A stretch of DNA of 64,000 bases from the human T2T-CHM13v2.0 reference genome, Homo sapiens, in the NCBI RefSeq assembly GCF_009914755.1, contig NC_060926.1, one strand, 5' to 3'. A model generated the notes under the pieces. That model saw only the letters and a list, made by a program, of their open reading frames with translations. It was not told the origin of the DNA and made no database searches. Each line of letters starts with the position of its first letter. The stretch's first letter is position 1. This document shows positions 48,063-62,970 of this stretch, in pieces. The translations under genes and the position numbers were made by a program.

Positions 48063-50222
48063 TCTAAATTTTTAATTTAGAGCATATAACTGTTTTAAAA
48101 TCATCTTGTCTCAGAAGCTAGATTATAAAATATTTAAGAGACTTATTAATAAATTTTTAAAAGGCCCATAATGGTTCCAAAAATGCAGGTGGAAAACTCG
48201 TATTGAAAAGGCACCAAGTGACATCTCCTGCAGACTTTACCTAGAAAACCACTGTGGCTTTTCTAAACAGAACAGGCTCTCTCAGTCTCACTGCTGAAAC
48301 CAACAGAACAATGGCAACCCAGAAGAGTTCAAACTCACAGGTCTTTCCAGGCTTTGACTAGCCAGTGTTGCCACAGCCTGTGCAGCCCCAGTACACAAAC
48401 ACTGACACTCCCTATGCTTCTTCAGCAACGGTCTCTATTGTCGGAGTCTGAGCTCTCTATAAAAAACAATTTCTCCCAGAAGAAGGAAAAACCAGAGAGT
48501 TAGTCTCCTGGACAATAACTGAGAGGGCAATTCTGACCTTACTCAGGACTGTGGAACTGGTGGAAAAAAAAAAAAAAAGTTAAAAAGTCCTAGGGCTGGA
48601 TGGAATAAAAGGCTGATTTCAATTCTGTTATATAGGCATAGAAATCAGGGCATTCTGGAAAAACATATAATTTCCCATGTAATGTCTTTGCTTTCCATTT
48701 CATCTACATTATTCTCTTCCACTCTCCTCCTCCCCTCCCAGTAAGGCTGAGAAAACACTCGGGATTGTTTCTTTGGGCAGGAGAAACATAAAATTACCCA
48801 TATCAGCTTAAGAAATGAAGAAAATTATCAACCAGCTTCCCAATCACACCAGCCTCTGCCGTCTGCTGTCAGACATGACGTCCTCATCAGGACAGAGGTT
48901 TCTTGTCCTTATTTTAATTCTGGAATTTTTTTTTACAAACTTGTCCGACCCTAAGAACCACCAGTGAGGCTTATTAGAAATTCAGATTCTCTAGTTCCTT
49001 CCAAACTTAATCAGCATCTTCAGGGTGAAGGACCTAAGAGTATTTTTTTAGTAAGTATCCAAGTAATTCTCACGATGTGATAAATTTAAGAAACACTGCT
49101 CTTGGGATCATGTTCACCTTCAAAAAAAAAATCCATTCCTATCTTTCTTTTATGAGTCCCTTGGAAAGTAACATACGGATTAAAAGAACTGAGCTGCACA
49201 CATCAAGCTAAACCCAGCTAACTTTGCATGCTAGCCCTTTAGGGTGACTAAATAATATATGAAAATGAACTAGCTGTTCCTAATTGTTAAGTAAATATCC
49301 TGAAGGTTGGTGGGTTTAAGCCTCTATTTAGGCAGAGAAGGTTCCTCTAAATTTCAATTACTTAAAGCATTTTCATGCATTCTATCTAGCAAAGGAATGA
49401 TATTGCCTTATATGCACTTATCAAAAACCTGCAAAGACTAAAACAACTATGTCTAAAATTCAAAAGGTAATACAAAAATAGAAAGAGCTTCTTGAGAATG
49501 GCATAAAAAACAAAATAAAGTGGATCTGGATATGCCTATTTCTTACAGCATTACTATATCCTCGGTGTGTAGTACAGAACATGGCACATGGAAGGCATTT
49601 AATACACGGTTGATGAGGGGATGAATGAGAGTAAATGAATGAATGGGGTGTGTGTCCGTGAGACAAATAAAAAATAGCATCATATAAGTCAGTAGTACCT
49701 TTAGAGGAGAGAAAAATATATTTTTTTATTTCTTTAAATTACCTGTTAGGAAATGTTTACCAGCCTTTAGTCTGAATAATTGACATTGAAATTTACTTTC
49801 AAAACAGAAAGGCAAATCCTGAGAGGCCCACAAAAGCACAAAAGGAAAGAAAAGGAAACAAAAGCTAAGGTAGTGCTTCAGGAGTAATAAAACCCAAGAC
49901 AGGCAGTCCATGAGGACAGTAGCACACAGTGTGACATCAATGCTCCTCCCCAGAGTGTGGACTCAGCAATAAAAACCACACGCAGCATACTTTAGTGCTA
50001 AAATTCACAAGAACAAAGACTGAACAAGAAAGGGAAGGAGAACTCAGGTAGAGGTAGGGCAAAAACCCAATGGCGACAGAATGAAAAGAGAGGAGGAGAA
50101 ACAGCGTGCAACATCTCATGCAGGGACCTTGGTGAGGACAAGTGGGTACTGGGCAACACTCGGTGAGAACAGAGGACCAGAGAAAGTGAGACACACCTCA
50201 ATCACAGAAACAAACCGCTTAC

Positions 50223-50246
50223 CCTCCGCTTTAGTGGTAGTACCAT
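50223..50246 (-). CDS. CLASP1: CLASP1 24-nt microexon, DGTTTKAE
   Basis: ttaaag|ATGGTACTACCACTAAAGCGGAGG|gtaagc, phase 1-1. Confidence 0.88.
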
Positions 50247-50732
50247 CTTTAAGCAAATTAAAAAACAAGGGAAGGGATAACAGGGAACAGTTAGTAACAT
50301 TCAAAAAATTAAAAAGCCGAATGTTATTAGCTACTAAAAAAGCAAAAGTACAATTTAAAACAAAATTAAAAGGGAAACAAGTTCAACAGCAAAGCAGAGT
50401 CTGAAGCAAGTAAGTGTGCCTTGTATTGAAATTAGCTTAACATAGCATAATGGTTTTTTTGCCTTTGGAAAATAAAACACAGACGGGCAACCCAGGGTAG
50501 TGCCACAGTTGAAAGAAAGATTATTTTTTGTTTTAGCCAACTCTCATCCTCTTAAGAGTTCCTTTTTCTTGGAAGAAAGTACCAGCAGAACAGGGCAGAG
50601 AGGAGGAACTAGAAGCTAAAATACTAAAGAGTTACCCAAAAGGCAGAGCCAAGTAAGAAGCTCAGAGAAGCTTGCTCTAGCAATGCCTATCCCAACTACA
50701 CGTCCAGCAGCAAAAGCTGTCGAGCATGGTAC

Positions 50733-50780
50733 CTGAGTCCAGGCCTATGTACTCCATGTCTTCCCTCATGTGTCTGGACT
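50733..50780 (-). CDS. CLASP1: CLASP1 alternative 48-nt exon, ESRHMREDMEYIGLDS
   Basis: cttctag|...|gtacca, phase 1-1, no stop; peptide recalled from CLASP1 isoforms. Confidence 0.8.
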
Positions 50781-52620
50781 CTAGAAGTTTGGAAAAGGAT
50801 CATCAGCTTTAATGCTACACTTTTGCAAAGATGTCATGTGTCAACCTAGGTAGCAACTGTAACAAATTCTCACTAGGATTGTGCTATATTTCAATTTTTT
50901 GGTGTTTTTGTTTGGGGACAAAATAAGGGAAGTTGAGGTAGAATTCTCAGGAAACAGAGAATTTGAATACTCCAGTCTCGTTCTTTGAAGAGGTTAATAC
51001 TGGACTGAAAACTTATCATCAGTGCTTCTGAAGGGTCAGCTCCATATTATCATACCAAAAGACGTGAGGGCTTTTACTAGCACTGGGGGAAGTCTATACC
51101 AGCCATATTCAAACACTCCATAATACAGACAGAAAAACAAAAATACTGAGGCTGATTTTTACTCACTTTTTCCAACAATGAAACAAATACTAATTACAAA
51201 TACTAAAGGTGGATCTAATATACTAAAGCATAGGTAAGTACTGAAAAACTAAACTAAAATTAACAGAACTAATTCAGCATAGGAGGAAGAGTTGTTACTT
51301 CTCCTTTGCTCAATGGTTACATATGGACAACACTCCTACATAATGCTGCAATAGTTAAAAACGATTTTAAAAAGAGAGTTCTTAATGAATTTCTTCTCAA
51401 TTGTTATGGGTGTATGAGGTATTTCCATAAAAACAAGACTGACTGAGCAAATGTTCCAGAACACATATCTTTCAAATTAATAATGTTCCTATCACAATCA
51501 CACTTTCTTCCACCTTACAGAACAATAGTTTATAAAGAACCTTTATATAATTTCATTTTGCCTCATATATGAGTTAGGTGGCTATTATTACAAGTAATTT
51601 GCAGGTATGGAAAATAGACCTACAGATTCCACGGCCTACTCCAGGTCACAGAGCGAATAAATGGCAGACCCTAAAATCTTCTCTGGGTGCTATTTGTTCA
51701 CTGTGCTTCCAATGTTCAAAACATTTTCAGAACATTAGTTTTAGAACTGACTCTGGAATTTGTCTGAAAGTTACATGAGTAACTCCACCTCAATATTTCA
51801 GGAAGTTTAAATTTTATTCATTTCCTTAAAATCTAAAGTAGAACCAATCCAGCTAAGTCCCTAGATTTTGGCTTTGAATGAATTGGCTCTTACAAAAACA
51901 AAACGAAATAAACAATTAGCCTGACACACAGTACGTGTTAAGCAACTGCTGAAAAATATGAATAGTCGATCTATCACTATGTCAGATGCTAAAAGTTTTG
52001 GAAGTAGTTTTTAAAAAACTTTTTTGGGCAATCATCAGAGTAAGGGCATGCTCCTCCCAAGGTGATACATGGAAGGACAACACTCTTTTGCACAGACATG
52101 GTTATGCTGATTCATGAGCTCATCACATTCCTTCAGATTCCTCCTGCCATTCCCCACAACCCAACCCGATTATCCCTGCCAGCTCTGGTTATATTCTCAA
52201 ATTGAGAAACACCTAATGACACTGACTACCTTTGGTGAATCCCTCACTGAACCTGCTGGCTCTGCTCCCACCAGTGTCAGAGGGGGAAAAAACTTAGCTT
52301 TGACAATATGGGAGGTGGCTGGGCTTGCCATGGAGGAAGAGGAAGAGTTGAGGAAAGGACGTGCTCAGTGCCACACACCCTCCGAGCATGAGTGTACTGT
52401 GTACTTACTCAGCACTAAAACGGATGATGCATCGAAGAAAGGGACACTCAACAAGGGTGGCTGGCTGATCAGCAGCAAGTGCACGAAGCTACTTAGATTT
52501 AAATAGTAGCCCCACAACAGTGAGACTTGCCTCAATCATGGGTTTGTATTTTGCTAAGAGGTTAAGAGTCATCTCTTGCAGAGCAGTGCAGGAGGGAAAG
52601 GGTGACAGGGGTGTGGTTAC

Positions 52621-52791
52621 CTAAGGATGCGTATGACCCTGGAGGCAAAGCTGCTGCAGAGCTGAAAGGCGTCGTGCCCGAAGATGAGGAGACTTTGGAT
52701 TTGGCACTGGCTGCTGCGTTCACATCAATATCACTTCGAGATCGCTGGAGGGACCCAGTCGTTGACACAGATTTGGTACTAACTGTAGAAG
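52621..52791 (-). CDS. CLASP1: CLASP1 coding exon, ASTVSTKSV...LQRSRSDIDVNAAA...LPPGSYASL
   Basis: 171 nt, aag|...|gtaacc, phase 1-1; conserved CLASP motif RSRSDIDVNAA; ORF 52562..52915. Confidence 0.96.
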
Positions 52792-53559
52792 CTTTAGTGA
52801 TAAAGGAGGAAATATGAATAAGGACTACATAGAATTTTGAAAATACATTGCTAAAATCTGATGTTGTTTTGCTTTCCTGAAAACAAATACCAAGTTTTAA
52901 CAAATGCTGGAGCATAAAAAACTGACAAACAGTTTCTCCTGGTCCCTGAAGAGAGTTCAGGCAATGCCGAAGGAAACTACAAGTGATCTCAATTGTAATG
53001 TATCAATTACATTTGTTTTCTTGTTATTGAAGACTATAAACCCCAAAGAAATGGACCATGTTTCTGCTTACTACGAAGAAGTGAAATAAGGAAAAAATGC
53101 TCACATCTAGGGCGTCTCCTCATGAAATGACATAACTGTGCCACGCCCTCTTACCTAGAGCCCTCCTCTTTCTGGAACATGCCACTCTCCCACCACTAAC
53201 CACCATCACACTGCTGCAGCTGCTGCTCAAAACGCCACCAAGATGTCTTCACTGTCTCATCAAAGGATCAGAGACAGGAGGTACAGTTTGTGGCAATGTC
53301 AACATGCAGGGGAGGTGGAGAGAAAAGGTCACAGAGCTTCATTCCTAAGTCACCCCGTCAATGTTGTCCTCAGCAGCGAGTGGCCCTGACAAAGCGGAGC
53401 TCTGCTGGAGAGTCAGGGCAGGGCAGAGCAGGCAACATTCAAGCCTAAGAAGGAACTGAGGGCAGGCCGTTGGCCTCCTGTGCCTGGGCAGCCTCTTGCA
53501 GCTGCACGTACAGCCCACCAGAGCGGAGAACAGGCCTTCTCCACGGCTGTCAGTCTCAC

Positions 53560-53609
53560 CTCTAGATGTGGTACTTCCAGTAGGACTTCTTTTGGCAGAC
53601 AGCGGACGA
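53560..53609 (-). CDS. CLASP1: CLASP1 coding exon, RPLSAKRSPTGSTTSR
   Basis: 50 nt, tag|...|gtgaga, phase 2-1, bridges the flanking exons in frame. Confidence 0.93.
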
Positions 53610-54236
53610 CTAAAAGTAAAGATGTATATTATTTATTACATGTACTGTACCTGAATTAATACAAATACAAACTACAACAGGAAATTATTACAATGAAGAA
53701 TTATTTCAGAGTTTTCAGAATTTTTTGGGCAATGTGAACCACAATGTTGTAAACTCCCTGATTCCCAACGAAGCTTTAGCAATCTATTTTGGACTGCCTT
53801 TCAAATACAGAGAGTGAAATAGTAACTACAGACAGAAATTAGAAACACAGAGCAGAGATGATAATATATTAAGTCACAGAGTTTGAATGACCTCCATTTC
53901 CAAACTTGTCTCCAGGTTCACACTTACATCCTCTGAGAAGACTCTGAAGCACTGGTGTGTATAGTTCACACTACTCCATAATTCACTTATGTTATTCTAA
54001 AACTGTATTCTAGGACTGCCGTATACATTTAACTGAAAAACAGTACGGTAGAGACCAAAGCAACCTATTTCTCACCACTCCATGGTGGTATCTTACTTTG
54101 CACCAGGATCTACCTCAAGTAAGGGGGCGTTTTAACAAGCACCCATGTAAAAACATAGCTAGAATTTGTGTTTTCATGTGACAAACTTTTAAATACAAAT
54201 TCTCACATGAATGATAAGCAAAGATGAATCTCTTAC

Positions 54237-54404
54237 TTTAGACTCTCTTGAGAGCTGGAAGATGAGCGGTCTGACTGAGGCAGAGACACTATGCTGTCTG
54301 AGTTCTTCAGGTGGGACTGCAGGGCTTTCTGGTAGGAGGACTCCAAGGTGTGGTACAAGTGCTCTGCTTCTCTGCTGAAGTGACTGTGGAAACCCCAGTA
54401 ACAT
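54237..54404 (-). CDS. CLASP1: CLASP1 coding exon, CYWGFHSHF...SSSSSQESL
   Basis: 168 nt, tag|...|gtaaga, phase 2-2; matches ORF 54233..54421. Confidence 0.96.
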
Positions 54405-55333
54405 CTAGAGGAAACACACAAAATCCTGGTCTAATTCAAGGATCCAAACAGGTCTTTTGCTGAACTCTGGAGTACACCACAGAAGATTTTCAAGGACTGG
54501 AAGCCTCAGTTTAGCCGCTAATAGTAGCAGGAGGAGAGGGTAAACAAAGGAGACCTGGTACGAATCCTGGCCTCACAATTTTACTGTCTTTTAGACTATG
54601 GGCAAGTCACTTATCCTCTCTCAACCTCAGCCTCATTTATAACATGGGAATTAAAAAGCCTAACTTGCAAAACTGGGGAATCTTAGGGAAGGTGGAGCTA
54701 AACATCTAAGACCATACCTAGAACACAGGATAGGCTCATTAAAATGGCAGCTATTATACATGCAATTTTACATCTCTTGACACAAAGTATTTAAAATTGC
54801 CTTAGGTAACATGTGCAAAAGAAAAATTTTAAAATGTTCAGAGCTACTTGAAATCAGTATCACATTATAATTAAAGACCAAGAAAAAATGGGCCGGGGGT
54901 GGGGAGGGTCCAATACAAGGATAAAAACAGCATAAACAGATTATTAACAAATCCATTCCTAATAGTTTTTAGCAACGATTAATTATATCACTTATTTTGG
55001 TAGAAACTAGCAAAGAAAAAATTGGCACAAACACTTCATAGTTATAATAAGCTCAGAAACAAGTGAAATATAATTTAACTGTGAAGGCAGTCAAAGAGCA
55101 ATAAGTACTAGATCAGGATGTATTAATGCAGCTAAGTAAAACCGTAACGTTGCAGGCTAGTACAATTAGATTTTAGCACATATCAATTAGGAGAGTTGGT
55201 CAACTATGAGAGTAAATTCAAAAAAAATCACAGATGCAACACTGGCAGTAGTTATCAATGCACTGCCCAAGAGAGAATGTCTTAATATCAAAATTCTGGT
55301 ATTTACAGTCACACTGGCAAAAATTATTTCCAA

Positions 55334-55628
<295 letters not shown>

Positions 55629-56196
55629 ATTTCCAAGGAGGTAACGAATACAGAGGCCATGGCCACATAATTGGAGGAAACTCAGCCCTAATGGCAAAAG
55701 TACCTCACTTGTTGAGACAGAAACAACAAGTTATCACTGTGATAATCCCAGGCATTAGTCGATCCAACTCCCCTTAATATGATTCACACCAAGGAACCAC
55801 AGATGCTTGCAAAGAAGTGACTGCAGGGAGAGAATTCCCTGTGACCAAGATTTTTCATGGTAAATCATTAAAGCAGCTTTGGATTACAATATGGCTTAAT
55901 GAGTAAAAGAATACATTGAGCATGTATACAACTGCCTTCCAGAGCTATGTGATAATTTGTGACGAATGTAAAAAACGAGCATTCTTTTGTCTCCCTCAGT
56001 CCTGTTTATTTACAAGCTTGAGTGATGTTATTAAAAAAAGAGAGAAATATTCCAAAATGGCCTTTTGGGGGTCATGTTTAAAAGTCATGGTTAACAAATA
56101 TGTTCAAGTAACTTAAGTTTTTAATAAGGCAATCCTATAATTCATGTGAAATATAGAAGAAGTTAATTTAAAAAGTGGTGTACAATAAAAACTTAC

Positions 56197-56274
56197 TTTC
56201 TGGCTTCTATTCTTGCTTCGGAATCAGCATCATGTATTCCCTTCTTTATTGTTTCAGCTAATACTGATATGTGT
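56197..56274 (-). CDS. CLASP1: CLASP1 coding exon, HISVLAETIKKGIHDADSEARIEAR
   Basis: 78 nt, tag|...|gtaagt, phase 2-2; HEAT-repeat-like DADSEAR motif. Confidence 0.95.
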
Positions 56275-57073
56275 CTAGATATTTAGAAAAGAAAGCAGTA
56301 ACAATCATAAATGTATGGTTTGATGCAAGTGAAACCAGGTGGGAGAAATAACTTCCAAATGGCAACATGGAGCTGGGAGCCTCTGTGCCAAGGCTGGTCA
56401 GTTCCCACGTGGCTGGGCAAAGCACGGCACTCCTACCTACAGTCCTTTAACTCCCAATCCTGCCCCAACACCCTAGCGCCACTCCAACCTACCCACGCCT
56501 AAGGACTTTGATAACCCTATTCTCTTGTGGGATTTTTTTTAAAAAACACAAGCTGATTTTTTAAAAATGTGCACTTATAGCTCAATCTTTTACGAACCCA
56601 AACAACAAAAGCTTGTGTTTTTCACATCAGAACTAGTTTCTATGGAAACTGTGAAATAATCACCTTAACATTAAATAGGCTGTCTACATCAAATACAGAG
56701 GGAGAAAAAGAAAACTTTCAAATGAGTGAAATTCCTTGAAGGATCTAACACTTGTCTACTAACAGCAACTTTAAACTGTTACCTCATGGGAACTGACAGG
56801 AATGTCAAGCAGCAGGGCCAGAGTCAGTAACAGTTTACATTGGCTCTGCAGCTGTCAGAATGCACATGGACATAGTAGTATTTCAACCAATGAAATTCAC
56901 TAAAAGCGTCTGTGAATATTATGTGGCCAACATCAGTAAAACAACAGACGTAGTCATGAAAACAAACGCATATATTCCTCCATTCTTACAGAAAGCCAGC
57001 TGGACCACTCACCAAAGCATTCACTCTAAAGGCTCAATTCAGAGGGAAAAATGGTTTCAAATCAGATGCTCAC

Positions 57074-57133
57074 CGTTCTAGTGAATGTGTCTGCCATTCT
57101 TGTAAAAGCAAATCTAAAAATTCAAAACAGCGC
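57074..57133 (-). CDS. CLASP1: CLASP1 coding exon, RCFEFLDLLLQEWQTHSLE
   Basis: 60 nt, tag|...|gtgagc, phase 2-2. Confidence 0.95.
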
Positions 57134-57662
57134 CTAAAAAGTATTAAGAAATACACAACTTATTAATACATATTTTAGTGAAAATGAAAACGGCATTTTT
57201 CTTAAGTGACCCAATACTATTTTTTATAATTAGTACATTTCTTCTGATTTTTATGATTAGAAAAACAGAACATAAAGAATGAATCAGAACTGACTAAAAA
57301 CCAAAGCAAATGAAAGTAATTAAGCACCTATTAGTGCCACAGGGACACAGGGACAGGATCCAAGCATTTCTCTCCAATCAGAAGCTTGCACTTCATGGCA
57401 ACATCACTGAAAGGACTTACCACTGTCATTCATTTTTATACTATCCTAAGTAATATGTTAATAGAGAATGTACACATGCACAGAAGATCAACAAACATGA
57501 CACAATCAGGTCTTTGCATTAATTTCGGAGAATGCTTTGCACAAAAAAAGTTAAAAGTACCTTGAAAAACTAAGTGCTCTCCATATTTTCATGCTAAGGC
57601 CCTAAATAGTGCTTAAAATGGATTTTCTCCAACTACTTTGCTTTCCTCCAACCAACCAATAG

Positions 57663-58595
<933 letters not shown>

Positions 58596-59405
58596 AATAA
58601 TTATTTACTGACCCTTTACCCCATGCTAGATGCTGGAGATCCAATGATAACCAAGACACAGCCCAGAGAACATAAGAGACAAACAGTTACACTGCCAGAA
58701 TGCAAGGGGCTCCAGCAGCTCACAGGAGAGCCATGCAGCTTGGTCCTAGGGCCGGCAGTGGTGGGGCCAGAGTGGTAGAGCAAGCCTTTTCAAAGGAAAA
58801 GACACCAACTACACACACACACATTCCTCACCATCACCCTCCCCATTCCTGCCCCAATCCCCAATCTAGACCATGTTTATTCTACTTTCACCCTTTTGCC
58901 TGTGGCATTTCCCAGTCTGGGTTTTTCTTGGCTCTTTACTGCACTTATTCCTACTCATCTTTCAAAATGTAGCTCATTTTTAACCCATCTATGAAGCTTC
59001 TTGGGAAAACATCAGCAAGCTTTAATCACTGCTGTATCTGAACTCCTAATTCCACTATATATACGTTAATGTCAGAGTGTGTGTAATCCATTTGTTACCA
59101 ATTCTACGAAGCGAAGCTAAGTACAGGCTGAATATGTAGCTAAGAAGGTGCACTGCCTTGCTTACACTGCTCTCTTAAGCTCCCTCTCCCTTTCTGAGGG
59201 CAGAGGGCAGAGGGACTGGGCAAGATGGTCTCTATTACTTCTCTCAGCATTAAGACATACAGTTCTGACTGATACCCACTGGCTAAATACAGAAATAACA
59301 ATCTGAGTGTGTGGTTCAGAAATTGGTGAGGGTGGCGGCATTTCTATTGTCACAATAACTGTAGGGTGCTACTCATATTTAGTGCCAAAGGCCAGAACTG
59401 CTAAA

Positions 59406-59998
59406 TGTTATGAAGCGAATTTTATCTCCCTGCCCACCCCCCCCTCCAAAATTAATATGCTGAAGTCCTTACTCTCAATGTGATGGTTATTTAGAGATGG
59501 GACCTTTGGGAAGTGACAAGGTTTAGATTAGGCATGATAATGGGGCCCTCATTATGAGATTAGTGTCCCTATAAGAAGAGATAACAGGTAGCTTGTTCTT
59601 TCCTCCTTCCCACCCTGCTCTCCCTCTCTCCCATGTGAGGACACAGGAAAACACTGGTCTACAGGCCAGGACGAGAGTCCTCACCAGAATCTGACCTTGC
59701 TGGCACGCCGACTTTGAACTTCCAGCCTCTAGGCCAGGGGTATCCAATCTTTTGGCTCCTCTGGGCCACAGGGAAAGAATAATCGTCTTGGGCCACAAAT
59801 AAAATACACTAACACTAATGATAGCAGATGAGCTTAAAAAAAAATCTCATAATGTTTTAAGAAAGTTTACGAATTTGTATTGGGCATTCAAAGCTGTCCT
59901 GTGCTGCATGGTTGGACAAGCTTGCTCTAGACTGTGAGAAATAAATCTGTTGTTCATGCCATCCAGTCTGTAGTATTTTGTAATGGCAGCCCAAGATG
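59406..59998 (+). mobile_element. MLT1A-type MaLR LTR interrupted by MER30
   Basis: gtccctataagaagag, aacttccagcctctag|actgtgagaaataaat, gtattttgtaatggcagcc. Confidence 0.75.
59735..59924 (+). mobile_element. MER30 hAT-Charlie MITE
   Basis: Starts caggggtatccaatcttttgg, ends gttggacaagcttg; 8-bp TSD ctctaggc/ctctagac. Confidence 0.85.
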
Positions 59999-60569
59999 AT
60001 GAATCCCCTAAACATCTTGCAATGTTCCACAACAAAGATCCGTGTCATCTTATCGGAGAAATTTTGCCTTACGCAAGGAAAAACACATTCTGAATTTCTC
60101 TTGGAAACCTAACAATAGCGAAATGAAAACAACAGCAGCAAAATGAAAATAACAACAGCCACAGCTGCAACAAATTAAGCTTTCACTAAATGTTTTACGT
60201 AATGATTGTGAATCCTCCAAACCTTACAGAGGGGTACCTTTATACCTAACAAGTCAAACGAGTAAGTGGGAGAGGAATGTTTCAACTGATGCTGGTCAGG
60301 TTCTGAAGTTCATAATCATCCCTCTGGCATGCCAACTTTACATTCTCATCTCTAGGGGAAGCTAAAGCTGTTCCACTCTAACCCCAGGAGAAGCTGAACC
60401 CTAGGTCAAGGGTAGATTGCATTCCCTGGGGTACGCACTTGAGCCACACAGTAAGGAATTACATTTTTTCAGTGGAAGGTATAAATTTCTTTTTTCGTGA
60501 CTTTAGATAGCTGGATTATTCTTCTTTTCTCTTTTTGTCTTTCATGTAGTTATTAATGAGATGGATATA

Positions 60570-61497
60570 AAACCAACTACTAGGTATATATCCCCAAAAA
60601 ATGAAGTCAATATGTTGAAGAGATATCTGAACTCTCATGATTATTGCAAGACTATTCACAATAGCCAAGATAGGGAATCAACCTAAGTATCCATCAACAG
60701 ATGAGGAGATAAAGATAATGTAGCATATATATACAACAGAATCTATTCAGCCTTAACAACAACAAAATAAATCTTGTCATTTAAGACAACACAGATAAAC
60801 CTGGAAAATATTATCTTAAATGAAATAAGCCAGGCATACAAAGACAAATACTGCATGATCTCACTTAAGTGTGGAATCCAAAAAAGTCGACTCAGGCTTA
60901 GTGCAGTGGCTCACAACTGCAATCCCAGCACTTTGGAGGTTGAGGCCAGCCTGGGCAACATGATAAGACCTTATCTCTACAAAAAATTTAAAACTTAGCT
61001 GGGGGCGTGGTGGCGGACGCCTATGGTCTCAGCTACTTGGGAGACTGAGGCGGGAGGATCACTTGAGCCCAGGAGTTAGAGATTGCAGGGAGCCATGATT
61101 GTGCCACTGCACTCTAGCCTGGGTGACAGAGTGAGGTACCACCTCTAAAGCAAACAAAATTGGACTCATAGAAGCAGAAAGTAGAATGGTGGTTCTCAGA
61201 AGCTGGGGGTTGGGAGACTGGGGAGATGTAAAGCATGCAAAATGTCAGGTAGATAGGAGTAAGTTCAAGAGATCGATTGCACATCATAGTGATGTGACTA
61301 CAGTTAGTAACAACATATTATATACTTTAAAATTGCTGAGAGTAGATTTCAAGTGTTCTCACCACAAAAAAATAAGTATGTGAGGTGATACACATGTTAA
61401 AGAGCTTGATTTAACCATTACAAAATGTATACACATTATCAACACAGCATGTTGTACACCATAAGTCTTCACAATTTTTACTTGCCAATTAAAAAAA
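60570..61497 (+). mobile_element. L1MA 3' end interrupted by AluJ (~60895-61155)
   Basis: cacaatagccaagata, gagtagatttcaagtgttctcaccacaaaaaaataagtatgtgaggtgat. Confidence 0.8.
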
Positions 61498-61504
61498 CAA
61501 AGAT

Positions 61505-61742
61505 TGGGCATGGTGGCTCACATCTATAATCCCAGCACTTTGGGAGATCAAGGTGGGAAGACTGCTTGAGCCCAGGAGTCTGAGATCATCCTTGGGCAAC
61601 ATAATGAGACCCCCGTCTCTAAAAAAAAAAAAAAGTAAAAAAAGAAAAAAGATTAGTGGGCCATGGTGGTGTGTGCCTATAGTCCCAGCTACTTGGAAGC
61701 CCAGGAACTTGAGGTTACAGTGTGCTGCACTCCAGCCTGGGT
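61505..61742 (+). mobile_element. AluJ, internally deleted
   Basis: Alu consensus; tail expanded into a GA-rich tract. Confidence 0.85.
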
Positions 61743-61893
61743 GAAAGAAAGAAAAGAAAGGAAAGCAATAAAGGAAGAAAGGCAAGAAAGGAAGGAAGGA
61801 AAGGAAAAAGGAAAGAAAAGGAAAAAAAGGAAGAAAAAGAAAAGGGGAAGGGAAGGAAACAGAAGGGAAAGGAAGAAAAGGAAAGGAAAGAAA
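61743..61893 (+). repeat. GA-rich low-complexity polypurine tract
   Basis: About 150 nt of almost only A/G. Confidence 0.9.
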
Positions 61894-62732
61894 ATTTTTA
61901 AAAAGGCGGTCTCTGGCCAATTTGTTAAAAATAATAAAATAAATTTTAAAACGACAAATATAGAGCTGCTTCATGTTTAAGAGGGTCTTGTACCCATAGA
62001 AACCCAGCAGGATCAACAAGACACCCCAGGAAAAAAGGTAAACGGCTGGCAAAGGTCATCTGGGCTCTAAATCTTAAGAGTGAAGGACTCTTTCACAGGG
62101 CTAGCATCAAGACACACAGCTAAGGGAATGGGGCCAAGAGGTTGCCCAAGCCTGCCAGTAATTATCCTATAAGACTCCCAATACAGTCTACTGGAACAGC
62201 TTTAGTGGTATTCATGAATTCCCTGAAAACCTACACAAAACTATTCTGTACATTTACGACTTGCTGGAAAGAGGGTTCATAGATTTTAAAAGACTCTTAA
62301 AACACTCAAGAATCACAGGTCTGAGCTGAAAGAACACAGTCTTTATTCCTCACACGTAGTTTAGGGCAGCTCGCCAGGACATATAAGATAGGGACTTGGG
62401 AACAAACCCCTAGCTAGTTACCCAGGTTGTATTTGCCTGTGTCTTCTGGGTATATCTCCCACAACTGCACAGAACTAAGTGACAGTGAAGATTCAGAATC
62501 CCAGAAATCGCTAACAGAAGATGCAAACACATACCTTTCCCCTCACCTATGTTAATACAAAACTATTGCCATTGATGTTTACGGTATTTTTTTCTTGCAT
62601 GCAGTTACTGCCTTTACTCAGGGAATAGGGCAGACCGATGACAAAGGTAGGAGGATTATCACAGGAAAAAAATGTACAGGGAGTCCTCTCCCCTTCTCCT
62701 TCTGCCACTAACACCCAAACTCACTTTCTCTC

Positions 62733-62738
62733 ACACAG

Positions 62739-62772
<34 letters not shown>
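62733..62772 (+). repeat. (CA)n microsatellite
   Basis: acacagacatacacacac... about 15 uninterrupted units. Confidence 0.9.
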
Positions 62773-62777
<5 letters not shown>

Positions 62778-62970
62778 CATAATAGAGGTTGTCCACATTC
62801 ATTTCCCAAAATATTTAGATCTTGATTCTTCAACTCAAAGTCATTTACTGCAGTGATTTTAAGTAATACTAAGCATGTTATACATGAAATTTTATCCATG
62901 GAAGGAGATTTGGAATTTGTTTTGGTTTTTAAACAATTCAAAAACAATGAGAAAATCCTTTAAAATTTAC

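Noticed and set aside
48840-48900. Possible alternative first exon MSDSRRQRL near a CRE-like tgacgtc
   Set aside because: Available GT donors are weak and not in phase 1 as the next exon requires
56542-56622. 13-bp inverted repeat aaaaacacaagct / agcttgtgttttt
   Set aside because: Low complexity with a 55-nt spacer; compatible with chance
61489-62052. 187-aa Phe-rich and 105-aa Lys/Arg-rich ORFs
   Set aside because: Stop-free frames arising from the GA-rich tract plus Alu
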